This document shows positions 1-13,162 of a stretch of DNA of 64,000 nt, piece after piece. A program made the position numbers and the translations under genes. Numbering within the stretch: the stretch's first letter is position 1; each line of letters opens with the position of its first letter. The stretch comes from Mobula hypostoma (lineage: Eukaryota). Under the pieces are notes generated by a model. The model saw only the letters and a program-made list of their open reading frames with translations. It ran no database searches and had not been told where the DNA came from. The stretch is taken from contig NC_086108.1 in NCBI RefSeq assembly GCF_963921235.1, positions 62,374,001 to 62,438,000 of the forward strand, written 5' to 3'.

Positions 1-389
1 ACGGGCAGTGAGGACCTTGATCAGAAAGACTTTGTATTGAGTAAGACAAGACAGAAGGGTGCAAAGTACAATGGGAGTGGGTGATAGTTCCAAGCCAAAT
101 ATACCCATTAGTTGTTTTCATTCAGATATGACTGCAATCTACAGTAGATTGTAAATAGACAGGTGTAAGAAAGAGATTTCAAGGGTGGAAATAGGAGAAA
201 CTGACAGAAAACTAAGGACACAGTCTAGATCTGAGGTGGTTGAACTAAATTTCAGGATGGAAAAGACAGATACTATAAAAGATCAGCCATGTTCTAAATG
301 AAGGGGAGACCAGGCACAAGGGCCTGAATGGCCTTCACTGCCTCACTTTCTTATGTTCTCAGGAGGAGCATTTCGGACAGCAGTAATTA

Positions 390-2965
390 TGCCTCCATAA
401 TGGGTTCGGAAAGAACTTAAACTTAAAATCAGGGGGCTTGAAGGGGCTGTGAAACGTCCTTGGTGAGTAGGATTAAAGTAAATCCTATTGCATTTTATTT
501 ATGTAATAGAGAGGAAGAGGGTACAACGAATCAAAGAGGGAATTTATGTTTGGAGCTAGACAGAGTGATTGAGGTACTTCACTTTGGTATTCACTCAGGA
601 GGAAAACATTATGGAGAGTGATATCATGGGGAGGTATGCTGGTACTCCGGAGGCATGTTGATGTCAGGAAGGGGGAGATATCAGGAAGAACGTTAAGGTG
701 GATAAGTCCCCAAGGCCTAAAGAAGCAAGTGTGGAGATTTGCTATAGCTTTGACGGAGATCCTTCTATACTGTTTAGCTACAGGCAAGGTCCCAAAGAAC
801 ACAAGGACAGCCAACGCTATTCTTTCTTTAAGAAAGGCATCAGAGATAATCTAACAAATGACAAATCAACAAGTTTTTCATCAATGGAAGGGAAATTATT
901 AAAGAATTTCTTAGGGATATGGAAAGTTTCATCTCTACTGAAACTGATAGAGTTTTTTGAGGAGTTGAAGAATATAACTGATGAGGGCAGGGCGATGGAT
1001 GCATCTACATGGACTTTAGTAAAGCATTTGACAAGGGCTCTCATGAGCATAAGCTTAACCGGAAGGTTAAGACACTTTGAAGTACAAAGTTTAAAGTTCA
1101 AAGTAAATTTATTATCAAATTACGTAATTGTCATGATATATGACCCTGAGATTAATTTTCATAAGGAGAGTAAAGATAAAAATGAAGGTCAGCCAGCCAA
1201 TAGCATCAAAGAGGATACCCAAGGTGTTTTCAGATATATAAAGAGTAAAAGAGAGGTGAAAGTGGATATCAGATCACTGGAAAACGACACTGAAGAGATA
1301 GTAATGGGGACAAAGAAGTGGTAGATGAACTTATTAAGTATTTTGTTTTAGTCTTCACTGTGGAAGACACCAGCAGGACACCAGAAATTTGAATGTGTCG
1401 GGGCAGAAGGGAGTGTAATTGCTCATATTGAGGTGAAGGTGCTAAGAAGCTGAAAGGTCTGAAGGTAGATAAGTAACTTGGACCAGATGGACTACACCCA
1501 GAGTCCTTTCAAGAATCATGAGATTCTGGAACGGCTCCAGATGACTGGAGAATTGCAAACGTCACTCCACTCTTTAAGAAGGGAAGGTGGCAGAAGAAAG
1601 GAAATTACAGGCCAGTTAGCCTAACTTCAGTGGTTGGGAAGATGTTGGAGTCATTACTAAGGATGAGGTTTTGGGGTACTGGGGAGCATGGGATAAAATA
1701 GGCCAAAGTCAGTATGGCTTCCTTAGTGGAAATCTTGCCTGAGAACTGTGTTAGAATTCTTTAAGGAAATAACAAGTAGGATGGACAAGGGAGAGTCTGT
1801 GGATATTGTTTACTTGGATTTTCAGAAGGTCTTTGACAAGGTGCTGCACATGAGGCTGTTTAACAAGATAAGAGCCCATGGTATTATAGGAAAGATACCA
1901 ACATGGATAGAAGATTGGCTGACTGGCAGGAGGCAGACAGTTGGAATAAAGAGGGCCTTTTCTGTGGCTGTCGGTGACTAGTGATGTTCTGCAGTGGTCA
2001 GTATTGGGATTACTTCTTTTCAATGATATGGATGATGGAAATGATGGCTTTGTGGCCAAGTTTATAGATGATACAAAGATAGGTGGAGGAACATGTAGTG
2101 TTGAGGAAGCAGGGAAAGATTGGGAGAATGGGCAAAGAAATCGCAGATCAAATATAGTATCAGAAAATGTATGGTCAGGCACTTTGGTAGAAGGAATAAA
2201 GGCGCAGACTATTTTCTAAGCAGGGAGAAAATATAAAATTCAGAAATACAAAGGGACTTAGGAGTCCTTGTGTAGGATTCCCTGAAGGTTAACTTGCAGG
2301 CTGGGTCAGTGGTAAGGAAGGCAAATGCAATATCAGCAATCATTTTAAGAAGACTAGAATATAAGAGCAAGGATGTGATGCTGAGGCTTTATAAGGCATT
2401 GATCAGACTCCTCTTGGAGTATTGTGAGCAGTTTTCGGTGCCTTATCTAAGAAAAGATGTGTTGGCATTGGAGAGAGTCCACAGAAGGTTCATGAGAATG
2501 ATTCCAGGATGAAAGGGTTAACATATGAGGAGCGTATGAATGCTCTGGGCATGTACTCGTTGGTGTTTAGAAGAATGAAGTTGGGGGGGGGGTGGGATTC
2601 TCATTGAAACCAATCAATTATTGAAAGGCCTAGATAGAGTAGATGTGGAGAAGCTGTGAGGGAATCTAAGACCAGAGGACACAACCTCAGACTAGAGGCA
2701 TGTCCAGTTAGAGGAGAGATGAAAAGGAATTTCTTTAGCTGGAAGGTGGCGAATCTGTTGAATTCAATGCCATGGACAGCTGTGGAGGCCAAGTCATTGA
2801 GTACATTTAAGGTGGAGGTTGATAGGTTTTTGGTTAGTTAAGGCATCAAAGGTTAAGTGGAGAAGGCGGGAAAATGGGGTTGAGAGGAATAATATATCAG
2901 CCATGATGGAATGGCGGAGCACATTCAATGGGTTGTGGCCTAATCCTACTCCTGTCTGATGATCT
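390..2965 (+). mobile_element. Degenerate CR1 LINE ORF2 fragments and 3' end
   Basis: ORF pieces LEFFKEITSRMDKGESVDIVYLDFQKVFDKV, AKFIDDTKIGG, LYKALIRLLLEYCEQF and TRGHNLRL are typical CR1 RT and C-terminal motifs, with many stops and frameshifts. A short Rex1-type tail lies at about 1085-1160. Confidence 0.9.
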
Positions 2966-3703
2966 TCATGTGGGTATTCAATATGGCGCTGGTGATATAG
3001 TCAATGTTTTCCTAACTACTGCGAAGAAAACTACTAACTGTTCTACAAGATATACTTTTCCTGGACTATGATCACTGCAATCTGCAGCCTGTAATTTCCC
3101 TTTGGGAGTTGTGCTTTTGAACTGTCTGAACAATCAGGCATTTTTGTGGTATCCTGAAGGATTTGGCAAACTACACTCTCCAAGTTGCAGGTACGGCCAT
3201 GGCCGTGGCCATTGCTGGAGTGGATTCTGGCAAGATTGAAGCAGCAGGCCCGGGGCCTAGGAGTGAAAAATGAATCCATGTTTAGCTAATATAAGCTTCG
3301 AGCCAGATTAAAAAGATTTAGGCGTCAAGGCCAAAGGTGGAGGATGAACCAGTGTTCAGCTCACTTATCCCTGTCTTCCTCGCCTCAGCACTGCCCTGTC
3401 TTAGCAACTGTGGCCTGCAGCCATCAGGCTCCTGGACCAGCTGTAGTACTGAACTGGCTCTGTGGCTATGGCCTCACCTTCAGGGACTCTGCAGTTCATG
3501 TTCTGTGTGTTATTTGTTTACTTTTTCATTCTTTGCATGATTAGTTCTCTTTTTCTTACACTGGATGTTTGACGGTATTTCTTGTGTGGATTTTTTTGTG
3601 GAATCTATTCTGTTTCTTCCTTCTGTGGCTGCCTGCACAAAAATGAATCTCAAGGTTGCCTGTGGTGCACATCTTTTGATAATAAATGCATTTTGAACTT
3701 TGA

Positions 3704-5010
3704 ACATATAAATACAACAGAATCAATGAAAAATACTACATACAAAGACCAGAAAACAACCCATATGCAAAAGGAGTCAAACTGTGCAAATAAAAGAAAG
3801 AAACTAAGTATTACTGAGAACGCGAGTTGTAGAGTCCTTGAAAGTGAGTCCATATGTGGTAGAAACAATTCCGTGTTGAGGTGAGTGAAGTTACCCAGGC
3901 TCATTCAAAAACCTAATGGTTCCTGAACCTAGTGGGGTGAGACCTAGGTACCTTCTTCCTGATGGCAGAGGTGAGAAGAGAAGATGGCCTAGATGATGGG
4001 AGTCCTTGATAATGGATGCTACTTTCTTGTGGCAGTGCTCCTTGCAGAAGTGCTCAATGATGGGGAGGACTTCCCTGTGATGGACTGGGCCATATCCTCT
4101 GTTTTTTGTTGGCTTTTTCATCCTTGGACATTGATGTTTCCATACTAGGCCATGATCAAAGCTCAAAGTTCAAAGTAAAATTTATTATCAGATTACATAC
4201 ATGGCACCACATGCAATCTTGAGATTCCTTCTCCGTGGGCATACTTAGCAAGTCTATAGAACAGAAACTGTAAACATAAAGAACTGTTAAAGGTAAACAA
4301 ACTTTGCAAATGCAGATATAAATAAATCGCAAGAAACAACGGGAATGAAATAACAATATAACAGAGTCCTTAAATGAGTGTAGCTATCCCCTTTTGTTCA
4401 AGAGCTGTTGGCTGAGGGGGTAGTAACTGTTCTCGAACCTGGTGGTGCAAGTCCTGTATCTTTTACCTGACGGCAGCAGCAAGAAAAGAGCATGGCTTGA
4501 GTGGTGAGTATCTTTGATAATAGATGCTGTTTTTTTTACAGCAACATTTCAAGTGGATGTGCTTAATGGTTAGGAGGGTTTTACCCATGATATAGTGGCC
4601 AAATCCACTACCTTTTGTAGGATTTTACGCTCAAAGGCTGTAAATGCAGCCAGTCAGCACACTTTCCGCCACACATCTGTAGCAGTTTGCCAAGGTTTTG
4701 AATAACATGCCGAACCTCCACAGACTCCTGAGGAAGTAGAGGCACTGTCGTGCTTTCTTCACAAGATGAACTCTGAACTTTTGAACTTTTAACTTCTTGG
4801 GTATTGTTGTTTCCATGCCAGGCCATGATGCAACCATTCAGGATACTCGCCACTGTGCATCCATAGAGGTTTCTTGAGGTTTTAGATGACATGCTGAATC
4901 TGTGCAAACTTCTAAGAAAGTAGAGGCTCTGCCTTGCCTTCCTTCTCATAGCACTTCCATGCTGGTACCAGGACAGACCCTTGGAAATGAAAATGCCAAG
5001 AAATTTAAAT
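3704..5010 (-). mobile_element. Cluster of nested Rex1/Babar-type LINE 3' fragments
   Basis: Minus-strand ORFs KARQSLYFLRSLHRF, LANCYRCVAESVLTGCI and KKVASIIKDSHHLGHLLFSPLPSGRRY; (TTTGAAC)n-like tails. Confidence 0.8.
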
Positions 5011-5019
5011 GAGATCTAC

Positions 5020-5960
5020 ATGATTTTGTAGAGTGAATCTCCAGAAGACTGAAGGTAGTGGTGAAGGAATGTTATTCTGACTGGAGATCTGTGACGGTCA
5101 GTGTTGCTTGTGACATATATAAATGATTTGCCTAAAAATTTATGCAGCTTGATTAATAATTTTGCAGATGACAATACAATTGGCAGAATTGTGGAGAATG
5201 ACAACGGCTGTCAAAGGATAAACAAGACATGTATCATTTGGAAATCTGGGCAGAGAAATAGCAGATGGAGTTTAATCTGGACAAATTGTGAGGTATTGCA
5301 CTTTGGAGGTTAAATGCAGAAGGAAAGTAATGGCAGCATCCTTCGGAGCACTGAAGTACAGAGGAGTCTTGCCACGCAAGCCTATAGTTTCCTGAAAGTG
5401 GCCATAGAAGTAGATAGGGTAGTAAAGAAGTTGTATGCATGCTTGCCTTCATCATTAGGGCACTGAGCATAAAAGTAGGGAAGTGATATTGCGGCTGTGT
5501 AAGACTGGTTAATGTAGGCCACATTTGGAATATTGTGTGCTGTATAATAGGAAGTAGGTGAAGGCCTTGGAGAGGGTGCAGAAGAAGTTCACCAGAATGC
5601 TACCTGGATCAGAAAGTATAAGGAGAGTTTGGACAAACTTGTATTTTTTTTTCTCTGAATCATTAGATGCCAGAGTTATAAGAGACATAGACAGAGTCAT
5701 TTTCCATGGTGGAAGTGAGAAAAGCTGGAGGGCATGGTTTTAAACTAAGAGCAGGAAGGTTTAAATGCGGATTTACAAGCCAAGATTTTTTTTACACATC
5801 AAGCTGTTGGTGACTGGAACAGCATTGATATTAGATGGTGGAAGCAGATATAAAAACAACAGGTGAACAAGCTGGGAATGGAGGGATGCAGACCATGGGC
5901 AGGCAGGTGGTCAGCACGGACATTAAGGGATGGAGGAACTATCCCTCTGCTGTGCTGTAT
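5020..5960 (+). mobile_element. Old CR1 LINE 3' fragment
   Basis: YINDL..FADD, CEVLHFG and ALERVQKKFTRMLPG motifs, followed by a CR1-like 3' UTR. Confidence 0.8.
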
Positions 5961-6409
5961 ATGTATGTATGAATGACTGTTCTTTATGTTAGCATTGAAT
6001 AGTGTGGTATGAAGGTAGAACAGTCATTTAGAGAGGGAAAATGAAATGATGGTGATTCTCAGGGAGCTTGCTTTACGCAGATAGTGATTAGAATGCAGAG
6101 TACATTACTACTGAACTTATTGAGTCTCAGATTGACCTGCCACACGATGGTGAGTCGCTCAAATGCTAACACCCAAAACCTTTCCACTTGCTAACAAAGC
6201 ACCCATTAGGAGCATGATGGAATACTCTCCACTTGCTTAGATGAACATAGCCCCAAAATGACTCTCGAGAAACTCAACAGGAAAACAGTGCTAACCCATC
6301 GCTGCCAATGTACAGCTTGGTTTACTGTGCATGAAATACACTATAGTTACTTGCTTAACTTATAATTCTTCCATCAGGAAGGGCAAGGGTAGCAAATATA
6401 AAAGCAAGT

Positions 6410-6995
6410 GACTAGAATAGAAAAGCAAGGATATAATGCCTCACTTGGAGTATTGTGAACATTTTGGGCCCCTTATCTAAGAAAGAATGCGCTGACATTG
6501 GAGATAGTTCAAAGGACATTCACAAAAATGATTCCGGGGTTGAAAGGCTTGTCATATTAGGAGCGTTTGATGGCTCTGGGCCTCTACTCACTGGAATTCA
6601 GAAGAATGATGGTTGACCTCATTGAAACCTCCTGAATATTGAAAGGCCTTGAAAGAGTGGATGTGGAGAAGATGTTTTCTATTATAGGGGATTCGAGGAC
6701 TCAGCTTCAGAATAGAGGAGCGTCATTTTAGAATGGGAATGAGGAGGAATTTCTTTAATTAGAAAGTGATGAATCTGTGGAATTCATTGCTACAAGTGGC
6801 TGTGGAGGCCAAGTCATTGGATATATTTAAGGCAGAGGTTGATAAATTCTTGATTAGTCATGGCAGGAAAGGATATAGGGAGAACACAGGAGATTGGGGC
6901 AGAGAGGGAAAATGGATCAGTCATGTTGAAATGGCAGAGCAGACTCGATGGGCCAAATGGCCTAATTCTACTCCTATATCTTATGGTCTCATGGT
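6410..6995 (+). mobile_element. CR1 LINE 3' end
   Basis: NLWNSLLQVAVEAKSLDIFKAEVDKFL and the 3' stem-loop GGGCCAAATGGCCT followed by a TCTTATGG tail. Confidence 0.85.
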
Positions 6996-9509
6996 CAGAT
7001 GCATGGCAATACCACCACCCATGGGCTTCACTCCTGGTCACACACCTTGGAAGCGTACCTTCGTTGTTGTTGGATTCACATCCTGGAACTCTCCATCTCA
7101 GTCCTGTGACAGTGGTCCACCATCATCTTCTCAAGGACAGCTCATCTTCTCATCTCACCAGCAAAGCCTAGATCACCCCAAAAATGGAACAACTGAAAGA
7201 ATGGTCAAAAGGACTGATACGATTGTAAGGAAGATAGTTAAACAGATGAAAGAGAAAAGGAATATACAGAAATGCTGCAGGGATGACAGGAAAAGAGGAA
7301 GAAGGAGGCATGTGTGAAATGTATTCACATGCATGGACTGAATGGTTTGGTTCTGTGCTGTAAATAATTTATTTTCTAAATACAAAATAGGAACATATGG
7401 TGAGAAAAGAGGCATTCTGCATAGTGTTCTCACAATCTATTTCTGTTCTCTCTGAAAGAGGGGAACTGGCTGAGCAGAGAGTGGTGTGTTGATCGGAGGT
7501 GATTGAAGACTACTTTGGCCAGAGAATGCAAAGGCAGATGAAAGGTTCACCCTAATTTACCATACTCTGTCCCTTCAACAGTGTCAACTAACCTTCCTTA
7601 TACTTCTGCCAATCTGAGCCGAATATACCAGATCAAGTAATGCGTTGTTATCCTTACATGAACAAAGATTTGCTCCTCGATACTGGCAAGGAGGGAATGG
7701 GTTTTGGAAACTGGCGAGTGGGGTTTCGGCTGAGGGTCTCTGATGTTCTTAAGACCATAAGACATAGGAGCTGAATTAGGCCATTTGGCCCATCGAGTCT
7801 GCTCCATCATTCCATCATGGCCAATCTCTTATCTAATTCATGGGTTTCCATGCATCATGTAGCTCCTATTGCTTATTCTACCACTTACTGGAATTCTGAT
7901 TAAAGGGTTCAGCTGTTTGTTGTGTGAAAAATGTTCTGAAGGTTGATGTGGGTGCAGGCAGGAGCCTTGCTGATGTGTTAACATTGGGTCGGGTTTGGGT
8001 CCTATTGCTGACCTGAGTTGCCTGACTAATCCTAAAGTGTTCCTGGTCACTGGGTGGGTATGAGTTCTTATTCAATGTTATTAGATGAGCTTCTTCCAGT
8101 AAAATGGCGGTGCGATTAGACTCAGCGGCTTCTATGGGGCGAACCAAAAGTGGCATTGTATTTTATTAATCGTATTTTTACAATTGCAAGACCCTTCTGG
8201 ACATTAAGAAATTAAAGTCCTGCAGGTCTACCCCATCAGTGAGTTGTTTGTTGCTGGAGAAACTGAAGGAGTGGAACTTGGTGCGGATCGTGCTGCTGCC
8301 TGCATCAGGGAGGTGTCAGAGAAGTCGGTGCACGAAGGAGGTGTGCAGTCTAACAGCGAGTAGTCAACTTAGTCGCTTTTTGAGTGGTTGCAAGACCCTG
8401 TTGGACATTGTTAATGTGAAATGCTACAAGACTGATTCACTGGTTTATTAGCGAATGGTGGGGGATCTGCATGGCGTCAGTCATAGTGAGCACTAGGCCT
8501 TGAGCCATGGTGTGGCCAGTTTGCAGCCACCCAGGAGAGAGGTGTCGGAGTCGGTGTGTTGCACTGGAGTTCTGGAGGTGGTGTGGTGTGGCTTGCAGGC
8601 TGGAGTCCGTGCTGCTCCCCAGAGTTCGCTTGGCAGAAGACAAGCTGTATTACGTTCGACTGCAGACTGTTGCAACATTCATGGACTCAGGGACTTGAAC
8701 TATATTTCTTTGTGTGACTGTACTACTGTCTTGCATGTGCTATGTGTGCCTTGTGCTGTATATGACTGATTAAACTTGAACTTGTGGCATTATATGAGGG
8801 GAGTCAGTGGTATGGATGAAGTAAATGTAGGGGAATGATGGGGAGAAGACAATATTCTAATTGCTCTGTTGGTAAAGAGGTGCTCCAGCTATACCTGACT
8901 CACAATAGGAGTTTCTTTTTCCTCAGATATAGTCTCATCTCCCTTGAACACCCTTGAAAATGGGCCAGGCAACTTTAAATCCACTGGGAAAGATGAACTT
9001 GCTGGTCAGTTTAAATGCCCAGTTCATATACCAGGAAATGTGTTGAGTATCTGGCTTTGTTAAATCTACACTCATGCTGCATGCAGTTGGTATTGTAATT
9101 CTAAAAAAAGCTTTAACTCTCAGTCTCTGACATTTATTCCCCTGAAGTTCACCCATCCATTAATTGGGTTACAGCTGCTTTGGGCATAATCCAGGAAAGA
9201 GTTGACCTACTGAAGGTCACTGCCCTTCTGCACTTCTGACCAAGCAGTTTATCGGGACTGGCTGTCAGACTCAGATAACTGACCTGCATTCCGACTCTCT
9301 TGCTGTTATACCCCATTCTGTGTTCCTTACACCTTTTTGTGGTCTCTGGAGGAGCTTCCAACATAAACACGTCCGTCAAAGAATTTCAGCTCCATTCTAC
9401 ATCAATATTATCCTTACTGGCTGTGTCACAGCAAAGTAGCTGTAGCTGATGGACACACCCAAGAACAAACAGCAAAACACAACAGGCCAACCTTCTGATG
9501 ATTGTTCTA

Positions 9510-10276
9510 CTTTATACTTCATTGTCGCCAAACAATTGGTACTAGAACGTACAATCATCACAGCGATATTTGATTCTGCGCTTCCCACTCCCTGGATTAC
9601 AAATATTAAATATTAAAATATTAAAAATGGTTAAAATTAGTAAATATTAAAAATTTAAATTGTAAATCATAAATAGAAAATAGAAAAATGGAAAGTAAGG
9701 TAGTGCAAAACAACCGAGAGGCAGGTCCGGATATTTGGAGGGTACGGCCCAGATCCGGGTCAGGATTCATTCAGCAGTCTTATCACAGTTGGAAAGAAGC
9801 TGTTCCTAAATCTGGCCGTACGCAAGCTCCTGAGCCTTCTCCCGGAGGGAAGAGGGACGAAAAGTGTGTTGGCTGGGTGGGTCGTGTCCTTGATTATCCT
9901 GGCAGCACTGCTCCGACAGCATGCAGTGTAAAGTGAGTCCAAGGATAGAAACAACAGGAATTCTGCAGATGCTGGAAATTCAAGCAACACACATAAAAGT
10001 TGCTGGTGTACGCAGCAGGCCGGGCAGCATCTCTAGGAAGAGGTGCAGTCGAGGTTTCAGGCCGAGACCCTTCGTCAGGACTAACTGAAGGACGAGAAGA
10101 TTGGTTTGTGTGATGTGCTGCGCTGTGTTCACGATCTTCTGCAGCTTCTTTCGGACTTGGACAGGACAACTTCCATACCAGGTTGTGATGTACCCTAGAA
10201 GAATGCTTTCTGCGGTGCATCTATAAAAATTAGTGAGGGTTTTAGGGGATAGGCCAAATTTCTTTAGTTTTCTCAG
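9510..10276 (-). mobile_element. Rex1/Babar-type LINE 3' fragment interrupted by a Penelope pLTR
   Basis: LRKLKKFGLSPKTLTNFYRCTAESILLGYITTWYG and ARIIKDTTHPANTLFVPLPSGRRLRSLRTARFRNSFFPTVIRLLN. Confidence 0.85.
9948..10090 (-). mobile_element. Penelope-like element pLTR fragment with hammerhead motif
   Basis: Near-identical to 27906-28045 and 49390-49536. Minus strand reads AGTC-CTGACGA-AGGGTCTCGGCCT-GAAAC-CTC-GACT at 10047-10082. Imperfect AAGGA(T/CG)AGA duplication of the host site. Confidence 0.8.
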
Positions 10277-10863
10277 GCCTTTTAACTTCTCCTCTGTGCT
10301 GGATCCACACGACATTCAATAGCTTGATTTTTCAAACGTTTGTCTACTTCCACTTGAAATGCTTCCAATCAACCACACTCTGTAAATCACTGGGCAGAGG
10401 ATTCCAGAGTACTATTCCTACAAGAAAAGGCTCTGCATACCTCTGTTTTCATTAATCAGCTCCTTCTCTTGACACTATGTTCCCTCGTTCTAGATTCTGC
10501 CACAAATGGAAACTGCCCTACAGTCACTATTGGTGCATCTGACTTACGAAAAGTGTTCTACCAATTCTTATAGTATCATGGAAAGAGCATACCTTGCTCT
10601 CTTGCTCCTTTCTCAGCAGTTCTGCTCTATCCTTACCATCATTGTGGTGTAAGAAGATTCATCTCTACAATTGCTCTTCAGTAAACAAGCAGAGCTCTCT
10701 TATCAAAGGCTAATAATAGCCATTGCAGAAATAGCTGGTACAATACACAAATATCACACCATGTTGCAGGTATAGTTAAATTATAATTAAAACTTGCTAG
10801 TAATTCCATATTTTTGTATGATTTCTCAGTGGTATTTGGCCCATTTTAATGAAATGTCATAGG

Positions 10864-11195
10864 TTAAGAGAGAAACAGCACGGAAACTGGCCTAATGACC
10901 CAGTGAGTCCATGCTGACCACCAACCTTTACAACATCCGACATTAATCTCATTTATTATATTTTCCCCAAGTCCCAATGACTTCCCCTGAGTTTCTACCA
11001 CTAACCTACACACCAGTGACAACTTACATTTGCTGCTTAACCTACCAACTTGAACGTTTCTGGGATGCAGGAAGAAACTAGGCCATTCAGGAGAAACCTG
11101 TCCAGTCACTGGCGATCATGTGAACTTGACACAGACAGTACTCAGACTGCATCCGGGTCTGTGGCGCTGCGAGGCTGCTGCTCCACTAACTGTCT
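10864..11195 (-). mobile_element. Degenerate HE1-type V-SINE (tRNA head, V-domain, CR1-derived tail)
   Basis: Minus strand: tRNA-like head GCAGCCTCGCAGCGCCACAGACCCGG, V-domain-like GTTTCTCC..GTTTCTTCCTGCATCCCAGAAACG, tail GGCCAGTTTCCGTGCTGT shared with CR1 3' ends. Confidence 0.65.
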
Positions 11196-12006
11196 ATATG
11201 GGGTTGGATTCTGCTGTCATTTATTATTGAGATCAGACACCTGAACCTGACAAGGCTCACCTCATGCCTGTTGTGAAAGTATTTTGAAAACTGAAATGAA
11301 AATGAATGACTCACATATTTCTTAGAATTTGTCTAAAAAGTGCATGGTCTTTTATTCTTACAGAAGAATATTTCATTTCAACAGGTTAATCTATCTAAAA
11401 TAAAGTTGTAAAGTAATTATATACAAAATTATTTTCCATTACTGATGATTCACATTTGACAAAGGAGAGGTGGGATGTTAGATGCTTGAGTTATTATGTA
11501 TTTTACCTAATAGCTTGATAAACAAGTGGAAATTTAAAATCATAAGTACAATGCAAATAAATGGAATTATATATCAACCATAACAAGGACAGGAAGCTTC
11601 TTAAAGTGTTGGCTCATAGAGTTTTAATAGGCATGGAGTTTTCTTTGCACATAAGCACATATGATATTTGCATTAAGTTTCAGTGTACTGGTGAATCAGA
11701 CACAGGTGTATAATGGGTTGATTGGTAAAATGGTAATTATATTGAACTTTAAACATCTGCACTTTGTTAATGAGGAAACGGATATTAATGCTTGCTTATC
11801 TTTGATAATATGACAATGATATTTCTGGGTACCCTTTGAGTATGATATTTTGACCTCTGGTGAATAACAATTAACATCTGAAATTACATATTGCAAGAAG
11901 TCAAATTTTACTTCAGGTCGGAGAAAGGTTTGTCAGGCTGATTCTTAGGAACATTTTCCTCAAACATTATAGTGCTGAAGTATTCCCACCAAAATTCCCA
12001 CCAAAA

Positions 12007-12461
12007 GCACATCACACAAACCAATCTTCTGTCCTTGGACTCACTTTACACCGCACGCTGTTGGAGCAGTGCTGCCAGGATAATCAAGGACACGACCCAC
12101 CCAGCCAACACACTTTTCGTCCCTCTTCCCTCCGGGAGAAGGCTCAGGAGCTTGAAGACTCATACGGCCAGATTTGGGAACAGCTTCTTTCCAACTGTGA
12201 TAAGACTGCTGATCGGATCCTGACCCGGATCTGGGCTGTACCCTCCAAATATCCGGACCTGCGTCTCAGTTTTATTTTTGCACTACCTTACTTTCCCTTT
12301 TCTATTTTCTATTTATGATTTATAATTTAAATGTTTAATATTTACTATCGATTTTTAATATTTACTATCGATTTGTACTCCAGGGAGCGCGAAGCACAGA
12401 ATCAAATATCACTTTGATGATTGTACGCTCTAGTATCAATTGTTTGGCGACAATAAAGTAA
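12007..12461 (+). mobile_element. Rex1/Babar-type LINE 3' end (same family as 9510-10276)
   Basis: HITQTNLLSLDSLYTARCWSSAARIIKDTTHPANTLFVPLPSGRRLRSLK; 3' UTR ends CAATTGTTTGGCGACAATAAAGTA. Confidence 0.85.
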
Positions 12462-13162
12462 ATTGTTGTTTTATCTCTTCACTAGCAATCTTTTGGAAGG
12501 GGAAAATCTATATTCATGTTCTAGTCAGGTCCACAGATAGTTCTGCCCTCTACTATGGGTGCACATTGACTCTAAGTTAATCTCCAACAGAAGGATACAC
12601 AGGGATGAATTTTAAATGCCAATTGGGTGATGAGAGAAGGTGAGGACGAAGAGGGGATGGAACCTGTGCTGGTGATTATGGGAAACCTGGAGCTAAGTAC
12701 AACATTTCATCTGTGGTATTGGAATCCAGTTACTGCATTTCCGATAAGGAATTGGCGGAAGTCATTCATTGGAAAACAAAATGAAAACAGATTTTGGAAA
12801 TCCAAGATGAAATCAGAAAATGACGGAAAACGTAACAGGCCAGACTACATCTGTGGAAAGAAAATAAAACAGTTTATGTTTCAGGTCAAAGCACTTCATC
12901 AGATATTAGTAATGAGGCATGAAATTTTGAATTGATTTGTTTAAATTATATTGTAGTGTTGTAGTTCAGAGGACTAGATAACAAGCAGATTTTTTGTGTA
13001 GCTAAATCTATAAATAGATTGATTGAATATATTTGTGGTTTGTGAATATTATCTGTACAATTTAGTATTGTACTGTATTTAAATAGTTAATCAATAAAAA
13101 TATGTGTAGTATGTTATTTTTGTCATGGGTTTGTTTTAGTTGAGGAAATCAGTGTAGGAGAG

